From Escherichia phage vB_EcoM-E33, in the sequence record OL780484.1: a stretch of DNA of 64,000 nucleotides; one strand, given 5' to 3'. The notes under the pieces were generated by a model, which saw only the letters and a list, made by a program, of their open reading frames with translations, had not been told where the DNA came from and searched no databases. The position numbers and the translations under genes were made by a program. Shown piece after piece: positions 40,533-50,790 of the stretch; the stretch's first letter is position 1; each line of letters starts with the position of its first letter.

Positions 40533-42428
40533 ATGTCCGAACAATTGAATGAGGTATTTGATGGTGATATAAATTTATCTGCTGTCAATTTAAACCCTAA
40601 ACTTAAAGTCCCACAGATTTGGAATATAAAGGCTGAAGGTAACGAGAACCTTGTTGCCCGCATGGTTTCATATACTTCCGAAGGCGATGTAATTCGTCAG
40701 GTTAAGCCTGGTGACAAGTATGTTCATGTCGTTTTAATGAGCCTATCGGCTAAAGGTTCTCCTGCCGAACTCAAAGGTGGATTAGGTACCAATCCTATTT
40801 CCGCTATTCGTTCTATATTTGATATCGTCTATGAACAGGTCAAGGCCCTTCGTATGGACGCTGTTATGTTCCGTTTTCCTACCAAGAAAATGAAAGGGCA
40901 GGAAAAAGCTATACAGAGGGTATTGGCTAAATTAATAGCCTCTAGAGCAGGCGGACAGTTTAAAGTTCTTGATGCCTTGTATCAATTCACCGGTAAGCAT
41001 TCGTATGTTTTTATCTATCGTAAAAATAAAAATATAGAATCTATAAATGGTATTCCTAATATTAATTTAGAATTGTATACTAAAGTCGAATCTGAAGTCG
41101 GTGACGTGTATGTTTCAAAGAAAACAGGCGAAGATGTTACCAAACTAGAAGCTATAGCTAAGTCCATAGACGAAATAGAAAAATCACGTTCTGATAAAAC
41201 TGTTATAACCAAAACAAAGGTTTCTAAACGTGCTGCTATCAATGCTTTATATCCTACAGCAGAGCCTACAGGATTGAGTAAATTTTCGGCAGAGCACAAA
41301 AAAGCTTATGCAGATTATTCTGCTACTAGTTCCGTTCATTCTTCTGAAGATTCTAAAGAAAGCCAAATAGCTTTAGCCAGTAATAAAATATTAAAAGACA
41401 CCTCTAAAGAAATGGCAGAATATTTGGATTATATTTTTAACGGTGTTAATCCATCATTTGAAGTAGACGAGCGCAAACTTAAACTAATTGCTGATATAAA
41501 GTTTGCTTTAGAGGCATCAGATTCTTTAGATAAATCTAATAGTGTCATAGAGGCTTTAAAATCAGGTAAATCTCATGTAGACATTCTTAGACTAGTCGCT
41601 GCGGCCCTTTTAGATGATTCAGTTAAAGGTACTTGGGCTAGAGAATCTAAAATCAAGGAAGTAATAAAATCCTTAGTAGCAGTTTATACAAAATCTATCC
41701 AACCATTGTTTAAGATATCTGATAATCCTAATTTATCCAAACCTCAAGAAGAGGCAGTCAAAAAGTATACTCGTGGCGGCTACAACCATATAAACAACTT
41801 TTTGCTAGGTAAAACAGATACCACCGATGAAATGATAAAAATGATGGGTGAGTTGGATTCTACATTTGAAAATGGTACAAAACTTCCTAAAGGAACCATA
41901 GTGTATCGTTCTCAGATAATGCCTACCGAAATGGCTTTGAATTCTATAAAACATAAGGTGATGTATCTTCCTATTTTTGCATCAACTTCATTGGCTCCTA
42001 ATATTTTCGGTGAAATGGGTCATGCTCAATCCAACTTAGACCCTGAAGCTCTTTCTAGCGATATAGATAGTAATCTTGAAGACACCATTAAAAGTGCGAC
42101 CGGAAGTGCTAGAGATACCATTAAGCTAGGGTTAATTATTAAAGGTGCTGATAAAATTAAGGTTATTGTGCCCGGTGACTTGGCTAATTGGTCTACAGAA
42201 ACCGAAGTAATTCTTCCTCGTGGGGTTATGCTTAAGATTAATAAAGTATACGGTGCTTCCAAGGGACCTATGGGTTCAATTGGTAAATATGTTTTAGTGG
42301 AATGTGAAGTTGTAGCTACCGAGCAAATCACAGAGGAAAATTCATATAGCACCGGATTCTCGTTTGGAAATTATGATAGAATTATGTATGAAGATTCTAT
42401 GGAAAAATTAGCAAATTTATTTAAATAG
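40533..42428 (+). CDS. Alt-like ADP-ribosyltransferase paralog 1 (631 aa)
   Basis: about 230 aa N-terminus shared with the two downstream ORFs; C-terminal YRSQ ... ASTSL ... ETEVILPRG (R / S-x-S / E-x-E ART triad). Confidence 0.7.
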   Translation: MSEQLNEVFDGDINLSAVNLNPKLKVPQIWNIKAEGNENLVARMVSYTSEGDVIRQVKPGDKYVHVVLMSLSAKGSPAELKGGLGTNPISAIRSIFDIVYEQVKALRMDAVMFRFPTKKMKGQEKAIQRVLAKLIASRAGGQFKVLDALYQFTGKHSYVFIYRKNKNIESINGIPNINLELYTKVESEVGDVYVSKKTGEDVTKLEAIAKSIDEIEKSRSDKTVITKTKVSKRAAINALYPTAEPTGLSKFSAEHKKAYADYSATSSVHSSEDSKESQIALASNKILKDTSKEMAEYLDYIFNGVNPSFEVDERKLKLIADIKFALEASDSLDKSNSVIEALKSGKSHVDILRLVAAALLDDSVKGTWARESKIKEVIKSLVAVYTKSIQPLFKISDNPNLSKPQEEAVKKYTRGGYNHINNFLLGKTDTTDEMIKMMGELDSTFENGTKLPKGTIVYRSQIMPTEMALNSIKHKVMYLPIFASTSLAPNIFGEMGHAQSNLDPEALSSDIDSNLEDTIKSATGSARDTIKLGLIIKGADKIKVIVPGDLANWSTETEVILPRGVMLKINKVYGASKGPMGSIGKYVLVECEVVATEQITEENSYSTGFSFGNYDRIMYEDSMEKLANLFK

Positions 42429-42436
42429 GATAGATT

Positions 42437-44518
42437 ATGACCCAATTAAATGAAGTGTTCGAGTCCGAAGGTACACTGCCTGTTGTGAACTTGAACCCAA
42501 AACTTAAAGTACCTCAGATTTGGAAGATTGGAGACGCGGAGTCTCAGTTAGTAGCACGTATGGTATCCTATGCTTCTGAAGGCGATGCTATTAAACAGGT
42601 TAAGATGGGTGATAAATATGCCCACGTTATCCTTATGAGCCTTTCAGCTAAAGGTACTCCAGCAGAACTTAAAGGTGGCTTAGGCCCTACTCCTATTGAT
42701 GCTATTAATACCATTTTCGACGTAGTATTCGAACAGGTTAAAAAGCTTCGTATGGATGCCGTGATGTTCCGTTTCCCTACTAAGAAAATGAAAGGTCAAG
42801 GCCCTATCGTTCAACGGATTATCCAACGTTTGGTAGCACAGAAAACAGGTGGACGTTTTAAAGTAGTTCCGGCTATGTACCAATTTACCGGTAAACATAC
42901 TTACATCCTGGTAGTTCGTAAACAAGCTGATATAGAAGATATCAAAGGTATGCCTGGAATTAATGCTGAATTGTATACTAAGGTAGATTCTGATGTCGGT
43001 GAAGTTTATATTTCTAAAAAAGAAGGCGTGCAGGTTACTAAAGAAACTGCTATCGCCGGTAGTATTGCTAAGGTTGAAGAACGTCGCACTGATAAAATGG
43101 TTATAACCAAGACTAAGATTTCTCGACGTGCTATTGCAGCAAGTCAATCGTTAGAATCTTATCGTAATGAAAGTGAGCTGTTTAAGAAATATGAAGCTAC
43201 TGCAGTAGATTTTAATAAACCGGCAACAGTTCCATTAATCCCTGAGGCTCAGGAAATGGTTACTAATAACAATTCTCCTGCGGCTAAAAATAAGGTTGCT
43301 AATATAGTGGCTGAAGGCACTGCTGAAGAATTGCATTACGATTATAAAATGTTCCCACTTCACGGTATTGGCGAAATCCAAGAGAAAATTAAAGAGAAAA
43401 TTCTTACAGCAATAAAAAACGAACCTTTGACATCTGTTAAAGCTCTAGAAAAATATGCCTCTGCTATTAATACCATTTTCGAAGAATATAAAGGCGAGTG
43501 GCTGGCTATCCATAACAGAACTCGTAAAGGCCAACCTGATGACCTTTGGAACGAATTGACAGAGGCCAAGTGGAAAGCAGCCAAGACTAAGTTCATTAAA
43601 AAACGCGTGTATAGTTTTGCTGGTGTGGGTGGTGGTATTATGGTTGATATTACTATTGCTCGTGAAGGTTCTAAATATACTCCATCACAAAAGCGTGGTA
43701 TCAGAGAATATTGTGGTTCAGGATATACAGACATAAATAATCTTCTTTTAGGACGTTATAATCCTCAGAACTATGAGGTTATGAGCGAAAAAGATATCGA
43801 ATCCGCTGTAAATAATTTAGATTCAGCTTTTGAAAATGGTGACCGTATACCGGAAGGCATTACAGTTTATCGTGCCCAGAGTATGACTGCTCCTATATAC
43901 GAAGCACTAGTTAAAAATAAAGTGTTTTATTTTAGAAATTTTGTATCTACTTCTTTAACTCCTATAATTTTCGGACGTTTTGGTGTTACGCACGCTGGTA
44001 TTGGTCTTTTAGAACCGGAAGTTCGCAACGAATTGACAGTTGATAAAAATGAAGAAGGAATAACTATTAATCCTAATGAAATAAGAGCATATAAAGAAAA
44101 TCCTGATTATGTTAAAGTTCAAATAGGATGGGCTATTGATGGGGCCCATAAAGTTAATGTCGTATATCCAGGAAATCTCGGAATAGCAACTGAAGCCGAA
44201 GTTATTCTACCGCGTGGATTAATGGTCAAAGTTAATAAAATAACAGATGCTTCTAATAATGATGGAACAACATCTAGTAATACAAAACTCATTCAAGCTG
44301 AAGTTATGACAACAGATGAGCTTCAAGAATCTGTGGTATATGATGGTGATGTACTAATGGAAACCGGCGAGTTGGTCGTATATCAAGATGACTTCGATAC
44401 TTCCGAAAGCCCCTTATCTTTTGATTCATTTGTTAAATCTACACGGTTTGATGTACTGCCTCTTTTGGCTTCATGCATAGACCTCTATGACATCCCAGAA
44501 AAATTCATCCAAGGGTAA
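42437..44518 (+). CDS. alt: Alt ADP-ribosyltransferase (693 aa), likely the T4 alt ortholog
   Basis: C-terminal GITVYRAQSMTAPIYEALVKNKVFYFRNFVSTSL and EAEVILPRGLMVKVNKITDAS match my recollection of T4 Alt. Confidence 0.7.
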   Translation: MTQLNEVFESEGTLPVVNLNPKLKVPQIWKIGDAESQLVARMVSYASEGDAIKQVKMGDKYAHVILMSLSAKGTPAELKGGLGPTPIDAINTIFDVVFEQVKKLRMDAVMFRFPTKKMKGQGPIVQRIIQRLVAQKTGGRFKVVPAMYQFTGKHTYILVVRKQADIEDIKGMPGINAELYTKVDSDVGEVYISKKEGVQVTKETAIAGSIAKVEERRTDKMVITKTKISRRAIAASQSLESYRNESELFKKYEATAVDFNKPATVPLIPEAQEMVTNNNSPAAKNKVANIVAEGTAEELHYDYKMFPLHGIGEIQEKIKEKILTAIKNEPLTSVKALEKYASAINTIFEEYKGEWLAIHNRTRKGQPDDLWNELTEAKWKAAKTKFIKKRVYSFAGVGGGIMVDITIAREGSKYTPSQKRGIREYCGSGYTDINNLLLGRYNPQNYEVMSEKDIESAVNNLDSAFENGDRIPEGITVYRAQSMTAPIYEALVKNKVFYFRNFVSTSLTPIIFGRFGVTHAGIGLLEPEVRNELTVDKNEEGITINPNEIRAYKENPDYVKVQIGWAIDGAHKVNVVYPGNLGIATEAEVILPRGLMVKVNKITDASNNDGTTSSNTKLIQAEVMTTDELQESVVYDGDVLMETGELVVYQDDFDTSESPLSFDSFVKSTRFDVLPLLASCIDLYDIPEKFIQG

Positions 44519-44521
44519 ATA

Positions 44522-46645
44522 ATGGAAAATTTAAACGAAGTTTTTGATAGTGATTCCGCTAAAAACTATCCAGTAACAAATCTTAAACCGGGTTCCGGTA
44601 TTCCACAGATTTTCTCTATCCAAGCGCCAGGTAACGATAACCTGGTTGCTCGTATGGTATCTTATGCGTCTGAAGGCGATGCTATTAAAATGGTTAAGCC
44701 AGGCGATAAGTACGTCCATGTCATCCTAATGAGTTTATCTGCTAAAGGCGCCCCGGCAGAACTCAAGGGTGGTTTGGGTACCGATCCACTCGGTACACTG
44801 AACACCATTTTCGATACCATATATGAACAAATAAACAAACTTAAAATGGACGCGGTTTTGTTCCGTTTCCCTACTAAGAAAATGAAAGGTAAAGGTCCTA
44901 CCGTTCAGCGCGTATTAGCTCGCTTGGCTATGGCTCGTACCGGTGGTAAGTTTAAAGTTGTTGACGACATGTTCCAATTCAGCGGAAAACATACCTACGT
45001 TCTTTTAGTACGTCGTGGTGCTAATATTGAAGATATCAAGGGTATGCCTGAAATTAATGCCGATCTTTATACTAAAGTTGAGTCTAAAGTTGGCGAAGTG
45101 TATGTTTCTAAGAAAACCGGCCAGGCTGTAAGTAAGGTCGAAGCCGTAGCGGCATCTATTGCACAAGTTGAAGAGAAACGTACTGATAAGGCTGTCATTA
45201 CTCGTACTAAGATTTCGCGTCGTATGGCAGCGGCGGCGCAGTATTCTACTGCTGAGCCTGAAACTTTGTCCCCTAAAGAATTGCAGGTTTATAACGAGTT
45301 TGAAGCTTCTGTACCGGTTCACACGGCTGAAGGCCCTGAGAATGAAGGTATTGAACAGATTAGTCAGAACTTTAAAAAAGGTGCTATTACCAAAATGCGC
45401 CAGGCTTCTCAGTTTAAATCTAAGAGCGAGGACCTTGCCAACTTTAGATACACTATTGCTCTCACACACGCTTTAATGACTGATAGTAAATTTAAACTAA
45501 ATTATGCTAATAGAGATAAACAAGGGTTTGAAATTTACTCTAATAATATGGCATTTTTTAATACAGAAGTCGATAGACTTTTAAGTGGCCTTTCGCAAAT
45601 CAATACAACCAATAGTCTGGATATTATTAAGAAAATTGTTAATAACCTGAGTACCCGTTTTAAGGGTTCCCCTTCAGAGAAAGCATCTAGAATTGCTTTC
45701 GCTATGGAAGCCGTTTATAAACTGGTTAACGATTCTATTAGTGATGCATATGCTTATTCAGGCGAGCTCATTAAACCTAAGGACCTAACCAAAGACGAAA
45801 GCAATGCTATTATTGAATATTGCGCGGCTGAATATGCTCCTATGAACTTATTCCTTTTAGGTAAACCTGAATCCGAAAACAATACAACGGCTATTAAATT
45901 GATTAAGGATTTAGACTCGGCATTTACTAAGGGTATTAAACTTCCTAAGGGTACTATTTTGTATCGTGGTCAGGATTTGCCATACAAAATTCTGCGCCAT
46001 AATATCGATAACAAAACATTTTACTTTAAGAACTTTGTGTCAGCCTCACTAAAACCTAACATCTTTGGTGAATTTGGTAAAAATTATATGGCCCTCGACA
46101 ACCAAGCCGTTTTTGTTGGCGGTGAAGGTTCTTTGTCCTCAGCTGATGAGTTGTTTAAATTGGCTAGTGGTAGTTCATCTGATGTGGGTGAAGTCGATGA
46201 CGAAGAGGTAGAATGGGAAGAAGACGAGTTCGGTAATCCAATTGCACCTGAAGGTCCTGCGGATAGAATTGCTGAAATTGGTATGGTTATTCGAGGTGCT
46301 GAAGCAGTTAAAGTTATCGCTCCTGGTGACCTTACAGAATATGCCGAAGAAGCAGAAATTATCCTTCCGCGTGGATTATTGTTGAAGGTTGATAAAGTAG
46401 CGGCTTTTGCCATGAATGATAGAGTATCTCACAAATACCTTATGGAAGCTACCGTAACGCCTCCTTCAGAGCTCAGCGAATCTGTTTACGATGGCGACCA
46501 TTTGATGGAAACTGGTGAAGTTCGCCTGATGGATGGATTCAGTCAATTCTTGGTTAATGAATCCGTTTCTGAAAGCAACGAAGCTATGGAAATCCTTGCC
46601 GCGTCTTTGGATATCTCTTCTTTATCAAATAAATTCAAAATGTAG
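44522..46645 (+). CDS. Alt-like ADP-ribosyltransferase paralog 3 (707 aa) with an acidic insertion
   Basis: shared N-terminal module; YRGQ ... SASL ... EAEIILPRG; acidic segment DVGEVDDEEVEWEEDEFGN. Confidence 0.7.
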   Translation: MENLNEVFDSDSAKNYPVTNLKPGSGIPQIFSIQAPGNDNLVARMVSYASEGDAIKMVKPGDKYVHVILMSLSAKGAPAELKGGLGTDPLGTLNTIFDTIYEQINKLKMDAVLFRFPTKKMKGKGPTVQRVLARLAMARTGGKFKVVDDMFQFSGKHTYVLLVRRGANIEDIKGMPEINADLYTKVESKVGEVYVSKKTGQAVSKVEAVAASIAQVEEKRTDKAVITRTKISRRMAAAAQYSTAEPETLSPKELQVYNEFEASVPVHTAEGPENEGIEQISQNFKKGAITKMRQASQFKSKSEDLANFRYTIALTHALMTDSKFKLNYANRDKQGFEIYSNNMAFFNTEVDRLLSGLSQINTTNSLDIIKKIVNNLSTRFKGSPSEKASRIAFAMEAVYKLVNDSISDAYAYSGELIKPKDLTKDESNAIIEYCAAEYAPMNLFLLGKPESENNTTAIKLIKDLDSAFTKGIKLPKGTILYRGQDLPYKILRHNIDNKTFYFKNFVSASLKPNIFGEFGKNYMALDNQAVFVGGEGSLSSADELFKLASGSSSDVGEVDDEEVEWEEDEFGNPIAPEGPADRIAEIGMVIRGAEAVKVIAPGDLTEYAEEAEIILPRGLLLKVDKVAAFAMNDRVSHKYLMEATVTPPSELSESVYDGDHLMETGEVRLMDGFSQFLVNESVSESNEAMEILAASLDISSLSNKFKM

Positions 46646-46674
46646 TTTACAACACCACAAGGATGTGGTACTAT
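46645..46674 (+). promoter_or_regulatory. T4-type early promoter (GTTTACA, 17 nt, TACTAT), spacer inverted repeat ccaca/tgtgg
   Basis: motif read from sequence. Confidence 0.5.
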
Positions 46675-46702
46675 TACCTTACACAAACATGAGGAGAACA
46701 TT

Positions 46703-46993
46703 ATGAAATCTGCATTCCGTTTTAATGGTCAAGAACTGGTAGTTGAAAACGTTATCCCTGCTTCTGAAGAGTTTGACAGTGCAGTGGGTAATGAATTACG
46801 TCGAGTTTTCGGTGAAGACAAACAGTTTGATATCCGACCTGTTGAGAATTTTTCTTATCCAGAACAAACCGAAAACATTTTTAACGGTGTAGTGACAGGA
46901 CAACTCGAATCCGAAGCTCCTATTTCGGTTACGGTGTTTGTTAAAAAGCAACCACTAATGACCACAGCAGGTTTCATTTCGTTCCGTAAATAA
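46703..46993 (+). CDS. hypothetical protein, 96 aa, in its own promoter-to-terminator unit
   Basis: ORF track; RBS GAGGAGAACATT. Confidence 0.55.
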   Translation: MKSAFRFNGQELVVENVIPASEEFDSAVGNELRRVFGEDKQFDIRPVENFSYPEQTENIFNGVVTGQLESEAPISVTVFVKKQPLMTTAGFISFRK

Positions 46994-47002
46994 ACCCCTA
47001 AA

Positions 47003-47026
47003 GGAGAGCATATGCTCTCCTTTTTT
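47003..47026 (+). terminator. intrinsic terminator (palindrome ggagagcatatgctctcc plus TTTTTT) between convergent units
   Basis: perfect 18-nt palindrome plus T-run. Confidence 0.65.
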
Positions 47027-47027
47027 G

Positions 47028-47957
47028 TTATAACAACCTCGATATTCCACTATTAACCAATCCTGTTAATCCACTAGAAGCTCCTGAAAGTCGGCTTAAT
47101 TTAGCTACTGAAGAACTCAGGGAATTGCTCTCACTTATACCCGCCACGCCTTTAAGGACTTTATCTTCCAACCATTCATAAGCAGCTTGTTTGCCAACTG
47201 CACCAGTCTGTACACTTCTATAAGCAAATGTAACATCAAATGAAGCAATTTGGTTATCACCGTCGTAAGATAATTCCGGGGAAGATACGCTCATTGGAAC
47301 GCAACCATTAAGCATTACTACCGTATGTGGTAATCCATTACGGGAATGAAGGTTGACTTGAATGTCAGCTTCAACATCCTCCGGTAATGCTCTTAATTGT
47401 GTAATAGGGTCTTGAACACTATTGACCCAATCATTAAAAGCACGGTAGTTAGCAGCTTCAGAATCCATACGGAAGCTTAATACTAATGGAGAATATTCTC
47501 TTCCGGTAATTTTGATGTTAGGTGAGTTGTGGTTCAAATCCATTTCATAGTTCAAAGTATTATCCGGGATTTTAACGGCGTGGACTAAAAGACCTGCCGT
47601 AGGATAGGCCATATTGAAAAAATCCATCAGATATGTACCTACTTCAAACTCTCCTAGTAAGCTCTGCACAACCCTGGATGACATAGCTCCAATCAAATAT
47701 TTACTTATGCCTGACTTACGAATCAACTTCTGAGTGCCCGCTGTCACTAATGTCGTAACACCTTGGGTCAACTCTCCTTGTGTAATACCAAACAAATCGC
47801 TATTCAATGGGATATTGTTAAATAAAGCTCCACCGAACTGGTCGAGGAGCGTCTGAGATTTAGAAGAAGGAACTGTGGCAAATACCACACTAAACAGGTT
47901 ATTCCTTTGTAGGTCAATATTAATTGCCTGATTCTGAAATTCTTGTAAAGTATACAT
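47028..47957 (-). CDS. 54: gp54 baseplate tail tube initiator
   Basis: 309 aa; collinear similarity to remembered T4 gp54 (FQRNN-FS-VFAT, LIRKSG-SKYLIGAMS, DVEADIQVNLHSRNGLPHT). Confidence 0.9.
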   Translation of the reverse strand: MYTLQEFQNQAINIDLQRNNLFSVVFATVPSSKSQTLLDQFGGALFNNIPLNSDLFGITQGELTQGVTTLVTAGTQKLIRKSGISKYLIGAMSSRVVQSLLGEFEVGTYLMDFFNMAYPTAGLLVHAVKIPDNTLNYEMDLNHNSPNIKITGREYSPLVLSFRMDSEAANYRAFNDWVNSVQDPITQLRALPEDVEADIQVNLHSRNGLPHTVVMLNGCVPMSVSSPELSYDGDNQIASFDVTFAYRSVQTGAVGKQAAYEWLEDKVLKGVAGISESNSLSSSVAKLSRLSGASSGLTGLVNSGISRLL

Positions 47958-49045
47958 TAGAATCCTTCCGTATAAAGTGAGCCACGGTTCAGAGTAATAA
48001 TTTCACGGAAAGTAACTTCTAAACTAAACGTAGATGGTAAGTTAGGAGCAATAGCCAATCCGTTAAAATGGCCGTCCGGAGTTTTATCAAAACGGATACT
48101 CTGGATTTGGCATGGGCCAAAAATATCTTCACGACCATCATATGAACTGCTATCACCAAAGTTTCGGATATACCAAATGGTTGGGTTACTTACCACAATA
48201 ACATTAGAAAGGAAGCTTGTAATACTTTCCCCTAATAGCTTACCATCAAACTTGTCAATAGCTTCTTTTTTAAATGTAGAACGATACCAAGTATCAATCT
48301 TCTCTTTTAATTCACCTGCGAAAGCCGAATTACCCGTTTCGCCGTAAGAATAATAGTTGAAGATTTCGTATATTTTAATAATCTGGATAAGGTCTTGGGC
48401 ATTTCGTGGAGTCATTTCCCAAGTGAATACCTTAGTACGGTTATCCGGACCGGCGTACATACTACGAGCTGTAGTGTATATCTGTTCGCCTGAATCAGCC
48501 ATTACGCCGTTAGTCACAGATTCTAATGCACCAAATACCGCGGTACTAGCAACGTTACTTAAAATACCTGTAGCAGTACCACCGCCTTTAGTAATTAAGG
48601 ACTCACCAACATCATTAAATTTGTGTGATACGGAATCCACATCAGATTTAGAACGAGGTAAAAGGATATTAGCTAAGGCTTGGCTATCAAATTTAACGCC
48701 CTTAGTATTTCCACCAAATAAGTTTTTAACAGCACTATATGTTCCACTATTGCCTGTTAATTTGCTGGCTGCACTTGAGAACTTTTTAGTCATTTGACTC
48801 GAACGGTCGTTACGCAAATCCGGAGATACACGAGAACTAAAATTATATGCGGTAAAAAGCAATCCATTTTTATAGAGGTCGTTTAATACCATATCGGTTG
48901 AGGTATCATTACCTGAAGCCCGCTCAGCTGGATACTGAGCGGTTACCGTGGTTTTTATTGGTGGTGTTTTAGATTGACCTGCGGAGGTCTTTGAACCTCC
49001 TTTAAACAAGGAGGCTACATCAAAGTCAAGTTCTTTTACTTTCAT
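47957..49045 (-). CDS. 48: gp48 baseplate tail tube cap
   Basis: 362 aa; synteny 29-48-54. Confidence 0.8.
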   Translation of the reverse strand: MKVKELDFDVASLFKGGSKTSAGQSKTPPIKTTVTAQYPAERASGNDTSTDMVLNDLYKNGLLFTAYNFSSRVSPDLRNDRSSQMTKKFSSAASKLTGNSGTYSAVKNLFGGNTKGVKFDSQALANILLPRSKSDVDSVSHKFNDVGESLITKGGGTATGILSNVASTAVFGALESVTNGVMADSGEQIYTTARSMYAGPDNRTKVFTWEMTPRNAQDLIQIIKIYEIFNYYSYGETGNSAFAGELKEKIDTWYRSTFKKEAIDKFDGKLLGESITSFLSNVIVVSNPTIWYIRNFGDSSSYDGREDIFGPCQIQSIRFDKTPDGHFNGLAIAPNLPSTFSLEVTFREIITLNRGSLYTEGF

Positions 49046-49053
49046 TATTAATC

Positions 49054-50790
49054 CTAATTAACTTTAGTAGCTTGACGCATACCAGGAGCAGGAGTAGAGG
49101 ACTGTGGAGGCATATTATAGCTTGTCTTACTCGTTTTCTTGATATTCGTTTGCTGATTTATTTGAGTTGGAGCTTGCTGACTATATTTAGCATTTTCCTT
49201 TGCTCTCATTTGCTCATCAACCTTTTTAACCTGGGTATTTTCAGGAGATTCCGCTACAGAAGCAGGTTTAGGCTTTTCAGCTTCATTAAATTTCTCTAAA
49301 GATTTATTCATCTTATCAAGTAATTGCTGGATATTAAGGTCTTTCGGTGCCCCACCTTTAGCCATAATAGGGTCGGCCAATTGTTTCTCGATATCAGCTT
49401 TAAATGCTTTAGCATTTTCGATATCTTTAGAATCTGGCTTCATTATATTATCAGCGGTTTGTGTCAAACGAATAATATCAGCCTGAGCTTTATCACGTTT
49501 CTTGAAATACTCTAAACGTTCTTCTTCAGGGAGGTCACGGAAGCTTGTGTCAATTCCACCTGCGCGTAATTGGTCGGCTTGTTCTTTAGTAAGATTACCG
49601 TATTTCTCTGCCTGGTTTATAAGCTCAGGTTTATCCTTATACTTCTTATTCATTTTCTCGGCTGTTTCTAAAGCCTCGGCAGAACGTCTATCATGGTACT
49701 TGGCCACTTTAGTTTGGTCTTCATCGTCTAAAGTGGCTCCGGTATTTTGCTGATATGACATTAAAGCAGAAGCCTCTACGTTTTCAGCTAAATCACCCAT
49801 ACCAGGTATTTTACTTAAAATAGCAGAAATCAACTTAGAAATACCAAGCATTAAAAGTTGTGCCATATTTTTGGTAAGATTAACCATACCACGAATAATA
49901 GCTTCAGCCAGACCTAACCAGTTTCCTTCACTAAACATGGCTTCAGCATTCTTGGCCCATGTCATTAGCCCTTCAAGTAATGGTCCCCACTCTTTAAACT
50001 TATCGTTAAATTCTTTCCACCCTGACTCAAATTGGTCCATGAAATATTGGAAGTATACGCGAATGGCATCTATACCAAATATTAAAAGGACTAAACCTGC
50101 TGCGAGTTTAGCAGCTTCAGCGGCAGCGGTAATGGTATACTTAAAAAGCATGCCTGAAATTCTATCAGCGACGCCTATAGAAGCTTTAAATCCCTTTTCA
50201 GTTATTTTAGTAAGGGCTTCGATTTTCTCGGAAAGAGAAGTCTTATCACCTTCTTTACCTTCATCTGAATTTTTAGGAGGCTCAGGCATAAATTCGGCGT
50301 CAGGTTTATTATCTTCAGGTGGAAGAATATCTTCAACAACAGCAGGAACTTTAGGAGTTTCGGCCTTAGGTTCTTCTGGAATAGAGTCTTCAATAACCTT
50401 TAATGAGCTCCCTTCCGGTGGAATAGAAATACCAGAAAATTTAGCCTCCAACATATTAGAAAGCTTATTAATCTTTTCGTTTAATGCATCCGAAAGAGCT
50501 TTAGACTGTTGGGTTTGTTCTGATATGGCTTCGGCCGTTAATTCTGTTCCAGCGACAACATCTTGGACGCTTTTGTCTACTCGGTCTACAGAATTAATAA
50601 TCTGGTTAGACTTTGTCTCAACAACTTCAGAGAGCAATTCAGACGCCGCCTGGGAATCGGATAAAACATCTGATATATTTCCTAATTCGTCGTTCTGAGT
50701 TTGGGCTAGCGCCTCAGCACGACGCTGAGGAGCCATTTCTTCAATCAGTTTATTGCGACGAAAACTATTCTGATTAGATTCGTTCTTCAT
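49054..50790 (-). CDS. 29: gp29 tail tube length determinant (tape measure) / baseplate hub
   Basis: 578 aa; synteny 51-27-28-29-48-54. Confidence 0.8.
   Translation of the reverse strand: MKNESNQNSFRRNKLIEEMAPQRRAEALAQTQNDELGNISDVLSDSQAASELLSEVVETKSNQIINSVDRVDKSVQDVVAGTELTAEAISEQTQQSKALSDALNEKINKLSNMLEAKFSGISIPPEGSSLKVIEDSIPEEPKAETPKVPAVVEDILPPEDNKPDAEFMPEPPKNSDEGKEGDKTSLSEKIEALTKITEKGFKASIGVADRISGMLFKYTITAAAEAAKLAAGLVLLIFGIDAIRVYFQYFMDQFESGWKEFNDKFKEWGPLLEGLMTWAKNAEAMFSEGNWLGLAEAIIRGMVNLTKNMAQLLMLGISKLISAILSKIPGMGDLAENVEASALMSYQQNTGATLDDEDQTKVAKYHDRRSAEALETAEKMNKKYKDKPELINQAEKYGNLTKEQADQLRAGGIDTSFRDLPEEERLEYFKKRDKAQADIIRLTQTADNIMKPDSKDIENAKAFKADIEKQLADPIMAKGGAPKDLNIQQLLDKMNKSLEKFNEAEKPKPASVAESPENTQVKKVDEQMRAKENAKYSQQAPTQINQQTNIKKTSKTSYNMPPQSSTPAPGMRQATKVN

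Noticed and set aside
40533-46645. The Alt triplet as an assembly-generated tandem repeat
   Set aside because: The three copies differ in length and extensively in sequence outside the N-terminal module, so they are real paralogs rather than collapsed or expanded repeats.
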